Shown in pieces: positions 17,885 to 26,565 of a stretch of 51,638 nucleotides of DNA. Every line of letters starts with the position of its first letter. Positions within the stretch are counted from its first letter, which is position 1. This DNA comes from Alphaproteobacteria bacterium (GTDB lineage Bacteria; Pseudomonadota; Alphaproteobacteria; JBFXJJ01): the NCBI GenBank assembly GCA_050175015.1, contig JBFXJJ010000016.1, positions 1 through 51,638 of the forward strand. Reading direction: 5' to 3'. The position numbers and the translations under genes are program-made. The notes under the pieces were generated by a model. The model saw only the letters and a list, made by a program, of their open reading frames with translations. It had not been told where the DNA came from and did not search any database.

Positions 17885-18558
17885 AAGAAAATCTCTGAGT
17901 TTTTGTTATATTTAGCTAGAGTTTCATAATCGCCTTTTTGAATATTTGCTAGATTGGCATTTATTTTTTCATCGTCCCAATTCCACCATTTAACTTCGAG
18001 CAGTTTTTCAATGACAGTATCAGAAAAACGTTTGCGGATAGTCTTGGCTGGGACACCTCCCACAATGCTGTACGGTTCAACATCTTTAGTAACTAAGGCT
18101 CTGGTTCCAATGATTGCTCCGTCTCCAATTTTTACGCCAGCAAGAATAACGGCATCATAGCCAATCCAGACATCATTTCCAATTTCAATGTTTCCCTTGT
18201 TGTCCCAAGCATCAGTAACATTTCTGCCATCGACATTCCACTCATCAAAGAAAATAGGGAAGGGATAAGTTGATAGGGAGGAAAGTGAATGATTAGCCGA
18301 GTTAAAAAGGAATTTAGCACCGCAGGCAATCGAGCAGTATTTTCCAATTATAAGCTTATCATTATTTATTGGATATTGATAAAAGACATTGTTCTTTTCA
18401 AAGTCTTTAGGGTTATTTATGAAGTCGTGGTAAAAAGTATATTCTCCAACCAAAATATTAGGATTGCTTATAACAGACTTTAGGTAAACCGTATTTTCAT
18501 CGTTTAATCGAGGATAAATTTTATTTGGGTTCATTTTAACATTTCCAGAAGCTAGCAT
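17881..18558 (-). CDS. CatB/Vat-like xenobiotic O-acetyltransferase (hexapeptide repeat)
   Basis: IGKYCSIA, ANH, STYPF, IGNDVWIG, VGGVPAKTIRKRF, KWWNW. The start may be the ATG at 18534. Confidence 0.92.
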   Translation of the reverse strand: MLASGNVKMNPNKIYPRLNDENTVYLKSVISNPNILVGEYTFYHDFINNPKDFEKNNVFYQYPINNDKLIIGKYCSIACGAKFLFNSANHSLSSLSTYPFPIFFDEWNVDGRNVTDAWDNKGNIEIGNDVWIGYDAVILAGVKIGDGAIIGTRALVTKDVEPYSIVGGVPAKTIRKRFSDTVIEKLLEVKWWNWDDEKINANLANIQKGDYETLAKYNKNSEIFL

Positions 18559-18585
18559 TAATATTTTTTATTTGTAATCTAGTTA

Positions 18586-18924
18586 TCATAAATATCTAAA
18601 AAGAATTTTGGCAAGCCAAATGGCGATAACTGTCGCAATAACACAGAAGGACAGGGTGAAAAACAGTGTTTTTGCTCGATTGAACTTGCTTTTTAACAAG
18701 TTTTTTTTGATAAGTCTTTGCAATTCATCTAGGTATTTAAAAATAATAAAGACACCTATTAAAAATGTTCCAGAGCAGATAAATAACCATAAAATCTGAT
18801 CTATAAAGCCAGATTTTCTAAAAATCCAAATGGGTGGAGTTGCATATATGATTATTATTGCTAATATTCCGATAATATTCCTTGTTTTGCTGTTGTTAAT
18901 TAAATGTAACATTCCATATTCCAA
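18586..18924 (-). CDS. Hypothetical 3-TM membrane protein
   Basis: Hydrophobic ORF within a tightly packed minus-strand run. Confidence 0.6.
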   Translation of the reverse strand: MEYGMLHLINNSKTRNIIGILAIIIIYATPPIWIFRKSGFIDQILWLFICSGTFLIGVFIIFKYLDELQRLIKKNLLKSKFNRAKTLFFTLSFCVIATVIAIWLAKILFRYL

Positions 18925-19249
18925 TCAAGTTTCCTGCTATTATAACAATAATATTTAATGGAACCATCATAAGTCCTAATTTGGCTGAATTTCTGATATG
19001 ATCACAAGCTTCATCGTTTGCTTTTTGCCAAAAAAATATCCAAGATATATAACAGCAGGTATGGTTTGGTAAATCAGCTAAGTCCGTCATAATGAAAAAA
19101 AATACAGTAATAGCTAACAGAATATCGTATTGAATAAATAACACCTCAGTAAAATCAGGAAACCAAAATTGACAAGTAAAATATTCTATTAACCCTGAGA
19201 ATAAGAAAATAATTAGAAACAAAGAGTTTTCTGTTATTTTAAAAATCAT
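18896..19249 (-). CDS. Hypothetical membrane protein
   Basis: ATGA overlap with the upstream hydrolase stop; 3 hydrophobic segments. Confidence 0.6.
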   Translation of the reverse strand: MIFKITENSLFLIIFLFSGLIEYFTCQFWFPDFTEVLFIQYDILLAITVFFFIMTDLADLPNHTCCYISWIFFWQKANDEACDHIRNSAKLGLMMVPLNIIVIIAGNLIGIWNVTFN

Positions 19250-20103
19250 ATTTTATCAACCATTCCAATTTTACTAAGCCAAGAAATAACAATTTTATCA
19301 GCATCTAGCTCATAAAGATTCATATGTTGTCCATTAGGAATTTTAACCATTTCTTTTGGCATATTGGCAAGTTCAAAAAGCCGTTCTCCTTCTTTGATAG
19401 AAATTAAATTATCTTTTTGCCCATGAATTATTAAAAGAGGCGATTTTACCTTTTTTATTCTTAAATCGCTGCGATAAGTATCTTTTAGCATTAACTTTAC
19501 AGGCAAAAACCAAAATTTATCTTTTGCAACAGATAATATTGAAGAATAAGGAGATTCCAAAATTAACGCACTAGTATTATTTTCTGCCGCTAATGCTGTT
19601 GCAACACCCGAACCAAGAGAATGCCCATAAATTATGACATCATTTAACTTACAATCTTGTTTAATTAAAAAAGCTAAGGCGGTTCTAGCATCTTCAATTA
19701 ATCCGTCTTCGGTTGGTTTTCCTTCATTGCCGCTGTATCCTCGATATTCAACTAGCAACAAGCCAAAGCCTCTAACAACTAAAGGGTATAATTTGACAGC
19801 ACCATAAGCAGCTTTATCAGCATTGCCGTGAAAAAAGATTATGGTTGGCATACTTTCCCCGTTCTTTTGTTTTTGCGGAGTTTTATACCAACCAAATAAT
19901 TTTAAATTATCGCTAGTGTTGTAGACTACCTTTTGAAACCCATTAACCCCTAGTTTTTCTGGACTAGGGCTGTTTTGATCTGGGTAATAAAGTAAGAATC
20001 TTTGAATGAAATAAACTAGCAGTAAGAACATAAGATATAATTTAGTTATATCTTTAATAAAGATAAACAATCTGTTTTTACTAATAAAATACTTTTTAGC
20101 CAT
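19246..20103 (-). CDS. Membrane-anchored alpha/beta hydrolase
   Basis: FFHGNA, EYRGYS, GHSLG nucleophile elbow, IIHGQKD, catalytic His in GQHMNL. Start set at the ATG at 20103. Confidence 0.92.
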   Translation of the reverse strand: MAKKYFISKNRLFIFIKDITKLYLMFLLLVYFIQRFLLYYPDQNSPSPEKLGVNGFQKVVYNTSDNLKLFGWYKTPQKQKNGESMPTIIFFHGNADKAAYGAVKLYPLVVRGFGLLLVEYRGYSGNEGKPTEDGLIEDARTALAFLIKQDCKLNDVIIYGHSLGSGVATALAAENNTSALILESPYSSILSVAKDKFWFLPVKLMLKDTYRSDLRIKKVKSPLLIIHGQKDNLISIKEGERLFELANMPKEMVKIPNGQHMNLYELDADKIVISWLSKIGMVDKI

Positions 20104-20187
20104 AAAAAATTCTTTAATTGCAAAAGGTAAAGCCAAGAAGCTGCAAAATTAAAAGATTTAGCAGTTATATTTCAAATTGGAAAATCT

Positions 20188-21858
20188 TTAAAAAAGACCT
20201 TCAATTTGTTTTTTATCATTAACAAAAATACTATTTGCCGCAGGAATGCGAGGCAAGCCTGGCATTGTCATAATATCTCCGCAGATAACAACAACAAAAC
20301 CTGCGCCGCTTGAAAGTCGAACCTCTCTAACTGGAATTGTGAAGTTTCTGGGGGCGCCTTTCAGGTTGGCATCGGTTGAAAAGCTATATTGAGTTTTGGC
20401 AATACAAACGGGCAAATTATTGTAACCATTTTCTTGAAATAGAGCCAGCTGTTCTTTGGTTTTATTATCAAAACTAATGCCATCTGCGTGGTAAATTTTT
20501 TGTGCAATGGTCGTAATCTTTTCTTCCAGAGACAAGTTATCGGGATAAAGCGGCTTAAATTCGGTTTTTGAATTTTCAATAGCTGTAACGACTTCCTGAG
20601 CCAAATCTTCTGTTCCTGCTCCGCCATTTAGCCAATGAGAGCATAACACGGCTTTAACATTTAAGCTCTGGCAGTAATCAATAACAGCTTCATTTTCTTC
20701 TTTGGTATCGCTGGAGAAACTGTTAATAGCGACAACCGCAGGGACCTTAAATTGGGCAAGATTTTCAAGATGCTGCCCTAAGTTTGGGAGACCCTTCTTC
20801 ACCGCTTCAACATTAGGAATATGGATATTATCTTTAGCAATCCCTCCGTGCATTTTAAGAGCTTTTATTGTTGCCACGATAACAACTGCTTCAGGTTTTA
20901 GTCCTGCTTTGCGGCATTTAATATCAAAGAACTTTTCTGCTCCTAAATCAGCTCCGAAGCCAGCTTCAGTAACAACGTAATCCGCTAATTTAAGAGCCGT
21001 TTTAGTTGCTATAATTGAGTTGCAGCCATGGGCGATATTAGCAAAAGGCCCTCCATGAATAAAAGCAGGGTTGTTTTCCATAGTTTGAACTAAATTAGGC
21101 ATTAGAGCATCACGAAGCAGAGCAGTCATAGCGCCTTCAGCGTTAAGTTCTTTAGCTAATACAGGTTTTTTATCTTTTGTCATTCCAATCGTAATGCTGC
21201 CGAGCTTTTGCTGTAAGTCTTTAAGATTGTTAGACAAGCAGAAAATAGCCATTACTTCAGATGCAACGGTAATATCAAAGCCTGTTTCACGAGGAAAGCC
21301 GTTTGCGGCACCGCCTAGACTGGAAACTGTGCAGCGTAAAGAGCGGTCATTCATATCGATAGCTCGGCGCCACGTTACCCTTCTAGAGTCAATATTCTTT
21401 TCATTGTCCCAGTAGATATGATTATCAATGATAGCCGCCAGCAAATTGTTAGCTGCTCCAATGGCGTGAAGGTCTCCTGTAAAATGCAGATTAATGTTTT
21501 CCATAGGGACAACTTGCGCCATACCGCCGCCAGCAGCTCCGCCTTTCATACCAAAAACGGGGCCCAAGCTTGGTTCTCTTAAACAGACAATGGTTTTTTT
21601 GCCGATGCGGTTAAGACCATCACATAAACCTACAGAAGTGGTGGTTTTACCTTCACCTGCTGGGGTTGGGGTAATAGCCGTTACCAGAATTAATTTGCCG
21701 CCCTTTTTTTCGTTTAAAGAGTCTATGAAATTATAATCAATTTTAGCAATGTTTTTTCCAAAATGATAAAGGGCATCTTCTGGGATAGAATATTTTTCAG
21801 CAATTTCAGATATGGGGCGCATTTTGGCGCTTCTTGCAATTTCAATGTCTGATTTCAT
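20188..21858 (-). CDS. fhs: Formate--tetrahydrofolate ligase
   Basis: [54 protein letters not shown]; AGGAG RBS before the ATG at 21858. Confidence 0.98.
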   Translation of the reverse strand: MKSDIEIARSAKMRPISEIAEKYSIPEDALYHFGKNIAKIDYNFIDSLNEKKGGKLILVTAITPTPAGEGKTTTSVGLCDGLNRIGKKTIVCLREPSLGPVFGMKGGAAGGGMAQVVPMENINLHFTGDLHAIGAANNLLAAIIDNHIYWDNEKNIDSRRVTWRRAIDMNDRSLRCTVSSLGGAANGFPRETGFDITVASEVMAIFCLSNNLKDLQQKLGSITIGMTKDKKPVLAKELNAEGAMTALLRDALMPNLVQTMENNPAFIHGGPFANIAHGCNSIIATKTALKLADYVVTEAGFGADLGAEKFFDIKCRKAGLKPEAVVIVATIKALKMHGGIAKDNIHIPNVEAVKKGLPNLGQHLENLAQFKVPAVVAINSFSSDTKEENEAVIDYCQSLNVKAVLCSHWLNGGAGTEDLAQEVVTAIENSKTEFKPLYPDNLSLEEKITTIAQKIYHADGISFDNKTKEQLALFQENGYNNLPVCIAKTQYSFSTDANLKGAPRNFTIPVREVRLSSGAGFVVVICGDIMTMPGLPRIPAANSIFVNDKKQIEGLF

Positions 21859-22009
21859 ATAAAAACTCCTTAAAACTATTAATTTATATATGTTAAGCAA
21901 GCTGAAGAGATAAAACAAGCTTAAATATAATATGGCAATTTAAAGCTAAGTATGATAACTTTTTAAACAATATTGGACGAAAAATGTTTTGATTATATAA
22001 AGTTTTAAA

Positions 22010-23239
22010 ATGTCTGAAAACGATACTTCTAACACTAAGCCTCAATTTATAAAGGTCGAACCTAAAAGGCCTGTTATTGTGCGCATGGTTAAAGCTCGCC
22101 CTGTTAAGAAAAAGATAGAAAATAACGATCATAAGTTAGTTTCTGATATTGTAGCCGGTGTCAGACTGGGGAACTCATTTTCTGGTAATGAGTTCGGCGC
22201 TTTAGACTTATCAAATTATGAAATGCTGAAAGGTATGTTTGCCAAGGCAAAACTCCGAGGCAGTGACTTTTCTGGTTCTAATTTAACTGATTCTAATTTT
22301 GAAAAAGCTGATTTAGCTTATGCCGACTTTTCTGGAGCAACCCTTAAAGGTGTTAACTTTAAGGGCGCAGACTTAACAGGAGTTGACTTTTCTAATGCCA
22401 ATTTAGAAGGAGCCAATCTTGCTGGAGCCATTATTAAAGACATAACTATCTGCAACACGAATTTGTCAGGCGTAAAACTTACTAAAACCGTAAGAGAAGA
22501 ACTGCAAAGAATTCGTGAAGCTATGAAGGAAATCGACTTAACTAAAGTTGATTTAACAAAAATTGATTTAAGGCTTATAGATTTCAAAAATGTTGATTTA
22601 AGAGGGGTTGATTTAACAGGAATTGATTTGTCTGGAGTTAATCTTGTCGGCGTTAATTTATCAGGTGCTAAAATAGATTTCTCTCAGATTGATGGTTCTC
22701 GTTTTATGCGCGGGGGACCTAATAACAGAGTCAAAATATCAAAAGGTAATTTGGCAGGTCTTGACCCTTTAACCGTTAATCAAATCCAAAATAAGGAAAG
22801 ACAAGAGCATATCCAAAAAGAGCAGCAGGCAGAGGCATCAAAAGAATCTGCTGAGCAAGCAGAGAAAATACAAAAGCATTTAGATAATGAAATTGATTTT
22901 GATCCCAAAAAAGACATCGCAAGACCTAACTCAAAAAGACCGCCATATAAGGTAAAAGAAGAGGATTATGTTGAGAGTAAATATGATTTTCCCGATGTTC
23001 ATTCTTCTCTAATTGAGCGAGAGATGAAAAGGCAAGAAAATGAGCTGGCGGCAAAAGATGGTGATAGTCAAATAAGTGAAGATATCGTTTTAGAGAGTGA
23101 AGCCGATAATGATATGGTAAGCACTCCTAAAAATAAGACAGAAGATGCTCAAGAAGATACTTCTACAAGTAAACCAAGAAGGTTCTTCCCAAGAATTTTA
23201 AAAAAGGGAAGATCTTCAAAAGTAAAGGTTAGAAGCTGA
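22010..23239 (+). CDS. Pentapeptide-repeat protein with a charged disordered C-terminal half and a basic tail
   Basis: Two blocks of A(D/N)(L/F)xx-type repeats (SDFSG SNLTD SNFEK ADLAY; VDLRG VDLTG IDLSG). Stop overlaps the next start (TGATG). Confidence 0.88.
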   Translation: MSENDTSNTKPQFIKVEPKRPVIVRMVKARPVKKKIENNDHKLVSDIVAGVRLGNSFSGNEFGALDLSNYEMLKGMFAKAKLRGSDFSGSNLTDSNFEKADLAYADFSGATLKGVNFKGADLTGVDFSNANLEGANLAGAIIKDITICNTNLSGVKLTKTVREELQRIREAMKEIDLTKVDLTKIDLRLIDFKNVDLRGVDLTGIDLSGVNLVGVNLSGAKIDFSQIDGSRFMRGGPNNRVKISKGNLAGLDPLTVNQIQNKERQEHIQKEQQAEASKESAEQAEKIQKHLDNEIDFDPKKDIARPNSKRPPYKVKEEDYVESKYDFPDVHSSLIEREMKRQENELAAKDGDSQISEDIVLESEADNDMVSTPKNKTEDAQEDTSTSKPRRFFPRILKKGRSSKVKVRS

Positions 23240-26200
23240 TGGTGTGGCGTAATGAATCAGCAGGGCAATGGGTTTTTCATAAAAGAGCCATAAAATGGCT
23301 TATGTGGGGAGGCTTTTGGAGTATCTTCTCTGGACTTTTATTTGCATATCTTTCTTTTCCATTATCATTTTTGTTCGATAAAGGTTTTAGTGTTGATAAC
23401 TTTAGCCGTGTTTGGAGTTTCATATCTTTTTCAATCTTTAATCCACTGTCAATTTTCTCAAGTTATATTAAGTGGTTTAAAATGTTGTTTGCCGGCGATA
23501 TAAACAGCGTTCATATGTTTTTGCCTGTCTTTCCACCGTTTGTTTCGATTGCTATTTTTGTTTACGCTTGGGAAACAAATCCCTATGAATTTGGTCCTAT
23601 TCCATATGGTAATGCTAAACTTGCCGTTAAAAGAGACATTGACAATATGGGCCTTTTTAAAGGCTTTATGATTGTTTTAGGGTCGTTTAAGGGAAAGCTT
23701 TTGAAGCTTCCTGACACGATGTCGGTTTTGTGTGTTGCTGCTCCTGGAACAGGAAAAACGACAGGAGTTGTCCTGCCGACCATTTTTGAATCTGACGATA
23801 TTTGTTTGTTTATCAATGATGGTAAAGGGGAAATAGAGCCGCTGACAAGTGGCTATAGAGCAAGCCTAGGACCGGTGTTTATGTTTAATTGGGGTATGGT
23901 TGATTCTCCTAAAGAAGGACTTTTTTGGCCCAAGTGGAACTCTTTATCTCCAGGAAATATTCCTCCGCCTTGTCCAGGACGTGAAAACTATATCGGTGGT
24001 TTGGCATATTTTTTGATACCTGATGGCCCTGTTGGTACCGATCCTTACTGGATAAAAATGGCAAGAGCATCTATGGAAGGTATTACGCATTATCTTGTTA
24101 ATAAATGCGAACAGGCTGCGGCTAATGATTATTTTTTAGGGCGTCTCTATGAAGGCGAGCTTGATGATGATGATTATAAAGTTCTAGAGAGCTATTATTT
24201 AGCAATGAAAGCTGATGAAGCTAAAGATGCGCTGAAATTGATTAGGAGTAAAGCTGTTAATATCGATAATTACGTTCCAATAGGTACTTGGGGTGGAATA
24301 CCTAAGGGCTGGCAGGGAATGGAGCCAAGTTTTCCTATGCTTATTGACTGGATTACTGAACAGCAGATGAGGGCTAATGCTCAATCTAAAGCTCTTGCAG
24401 AAGGCGGAGACTTCAAAGCTCTTAATATGGATATTATGCGTGAAATCATTATGGCGGCTTTGGAAGAAAGTGTTCATTTTGGTTATTCTCGTAGAATTAT
24501 TATGGATTTAAACCAGTTAGCTGATGTGCCCAAAAAACAAAGAGGCTCCATTATTTCAACGGCTATAGCAGGCTTATCATTGTTTAAAAACTCAGCCGTT
24601 AGAGAAAGAACTTCAGCGAGTGATTTTTATACGGAATTTATGCGCGGGGCGAAAAATCCTGCAACTGGTCAATGGGAACCTTTAACGGTATACATATCTA
24701 TTCCCAGTGGTGATGCTATGGGACTAGCTCCGCTTACGAGCTTGTTTCTGGAGATGAATTCTGGTTACTTTATTATCTTTAAGCCAGGAGAGGGCGGCGC
24801 TGGACCATACCCAGCGCTATACATATTAGATGAATTTGGTATGATGCCTAATATGGGGTCTGTTGTTGACGGCGTAGGAATTGGGCTTGGTAAAAAGATT
24901 TCTTATTTAATTATTGTCCACGATTTTAGCCAGATTTCGGGCAAATATGGCGGCGATGCTTTAGAGATTATTATAAGCAATACAGCATCAAAAATTTTAA
25001 TGAGGCAGAATAATGAAATAACAGCTAATCGTTTAGCTCTAATGACTGAATATCGTACTATCTGGTTGAAATCAAAAAGCACAACAGAATTTATGGGAAC
25101 AAATAGCAATCCCTTCTCCTATGGGGCATCATATTCTGCTGGCATGGAAACAATTATTGGCGCAAGCACTTTGCTTAATCTGCCATCAAGCAAGCAGGTC
25201 GTCCTTTTCCAAAAATTTGCTATGGCACCAATATTAGCAGACCAGCCTAGATATTACCTTGATAGAGAAATGCTTAGAAAATCTCAAATACCAAAAGCGG
25301 ATAAATTTCCTGAATATCTTAGAGCCATTCGTAATGAGCAGGACCACTATCCTCCCGAAAGTACGTTTGATGCTATCGGAGATGATTCCGATAGGTTGAT
25401 TTCTTTTGGTCTCTTTTCTAGAGAAGTGAATGGGAAAGAAGAGAAATCCGATAAAAAAGCAAAATATGAAGTTGCTCCTGATGATGAGTTCAATAAAGAG
25501 TGGCAGGATTTTGATAATGAGTGGCAAGACTTTGAAGAAGAATGGAGCGATTTTGATGATAATTGGTATCCTGACCCATCGCTAGCGTATCCTCAACAAA
25601 ACAATATGCCTTATAATGATTTTGCTGCAGAAGATTATGGAAATTATCCCTATGAACAGTCTTATGAAGAGTATCCTGTTGAAGAGTTTTATCAAGGTGA
25701 TAATTATGGCAATGACTATTACCCTGAAGAAAATTACTCTGAAGGAGGTTATCCTGCTTCAGTGACAAATACAGGTTTCAATCAGCCGCAATTAGCTCCA
25801 GAAGAAAACACCTCAACTCCAAATGGCGGTAATTGGTGGTTAGATGATAATGTTTTTGAAGTTTCAAAAAATATGAGCCATCATTATCAGAAAGAACAAT
25901 ATAACAAACCTAAACCTAAAGCTTATTCAAATGAAGGCATAAAGGCGAAACAAGAAAATCAGGAAGAGCAAGACATTCTGATGAATGAGCTTTTTGCTGA
26001 TGATGACTTTGAAATAGTCGATGCTTTTGAAGAAGATGAAAAGAAAACAACATCATTTAGTGAGGCTTCAAAACAAGATAGAGCTGAAGATGTTTTTACT
26101 AATGAAGATTTAGATGAACTAGCGGACTTCTTCTCTGATTATGAGGAAATAGACGATATTGAATCGTCCTCCAGAGAAGATGTTAATGATGAGTTTGCTG

Positions 26201-26280
26201 ATGCTCCTGATTTAGAAGATTTTTTCTCTGATTTTGATGAAGACTTTGAAGAACTAGATGATGCCAAAAACAAAAAATAA
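23239..26280 (+). CDS. virD4: VirD4/TraG-family type IV coupling protein with a long acidic C-terminal extension
   Basis: N-terminal TM helices, YGNAKLA, Walker A APGTGKT, NDGKGE, DPYW, SASDF, Walker B ILDEF, QISGKYG...ISNT. Confidence 0.85.
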   Translation: MVWRNESAGQWVFHKRAIKWLMWGGFWSIFSGLLFAYLSFPLSFLFDKGFSVDNFSRVWSFISFSIFNPLSIFSSYIKWFKMLFAGDINSVHMFLPVFPPFVSIAIFVYAWETNPYEFGPIPYGNAKLAVKRDIDNMGLFKGFMIVLGSFKGKLLKLPDTMSVLCVAAPGTGKTTGVVLPTIFESDDICLFINDGKGEIEPLTSGYRASLGPVFMFNWGMVDSPKEGLFWPKWNSLSPGNIPPPCPGRENYIGGLAYFLIPDGPVGTDPYWIKMARASMEGITHYLVNKCEQAAANDYFLGRLYEGELDDDDYKVLESYYLAMKADEAKDALKLIRSKAVNIDNYVPIGTWGGIPKGWQGMEPSFPMLIDWITEQQMRANAQSKALAEGGDFKALNMDIMREIIMAALEESVHFGYSRRIIMDLNQLADVPKKQRGSIISTAIAGLSLFKNSAVRERTSASDFYTEFMRGAKNPATGQWEPLTVYISIPSGDAMGLAPLTSLFLEMNSGYFIIFKPGEGGAGPYPALYILDEFGMMPNMGSVVDGVGIGLGKKISYLIIVHDFSQISGKYGGDALEIIISNTASKILMRQNNEITANRLALMTEYRTIWLKSKSTTEFMGTNSNPFSYGASYSAGMETIIGASTLLNLPSSKQVVLFQKFAMAPILADQPRYYLDREMLRKSQIPKADKFPEYLRAIRNEQDHYPPESTFDAIGDDSDRLISFGLFSREVNGKEEKSDKKAKYEVAPDDEFNKEWQDFDNEWQDFEEEWSDFDDNWYPDPSLAYPQQNNMPYNDFAAEDYGNYPYEQSYEEYPVEEFYQGDNYGNDYYPEENYSEGGYPASVTNTGFNQPQLAPEENTSTPNGGNWWLDDNVFEVSKNMSHHYQKEQYNKPKPKAYSNEGIKAKQENQEEQDILMNELFADDDFEIVDAFEEDEKKTTSFSEASKQDRAEDVFTNEDLDELADFFSDYEEIDDIESSSREDVNDEFADAPDLEDFFSDFDEDFEELDDAKNKK
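25498..25560 (+). repeat. Three copies of a 21-nt coding repeat (EWQDFDN/EWQDFEE/EWSDFDD) in the VirD4 tail
   Basis: Read directly from the sequence. Confidence 0.85.
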
Positions 26281-26515
26281 ATTTTGCTAAAAGCAGAACG
26301 TGTAATCGTATTATAAGCAAATTTAGAGTGTTTTCCCTAGTGCTTACAATTTTTAAACCATTAAAAACATTTAGTTATAAAAAAGATTGCTTTTATTAAA
26401 ACCTAATCTGTCGGCATATATTTGTCACAAGGCAAGAATATAAATCTTGTTTTGTGTGCAACTAGATAACGAAGATTCTAAATGACAGCGTTTTAAAAGA
26501 AAGAAGTTATAATAA

Positions 26516-26544
26516 AAAAAGGGCAGTGTAAAACTGCCCTTTTT
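26516..26544. terminator. Bidirectional terminator between virD4 and glgP
   Basis: AAAAAGGGCAG-loop-CTGCCCTTTTT. Confidence 0.88.
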
Positions 26545-26565
26545 AAGATAACCATTTATTTAATA

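Noticed and set aside
15856-20103. Integron cassette array
   Set aside because: There is no integrase, and the genes overlap or abut, leaving no room for attC sites.
22010-23239. Qnr-type quinolone resistance protein
   Set aside because: The repeats cover only part of a 409-aa protein with long unrelated charged regions, and its coupling to virD4 points to another role.
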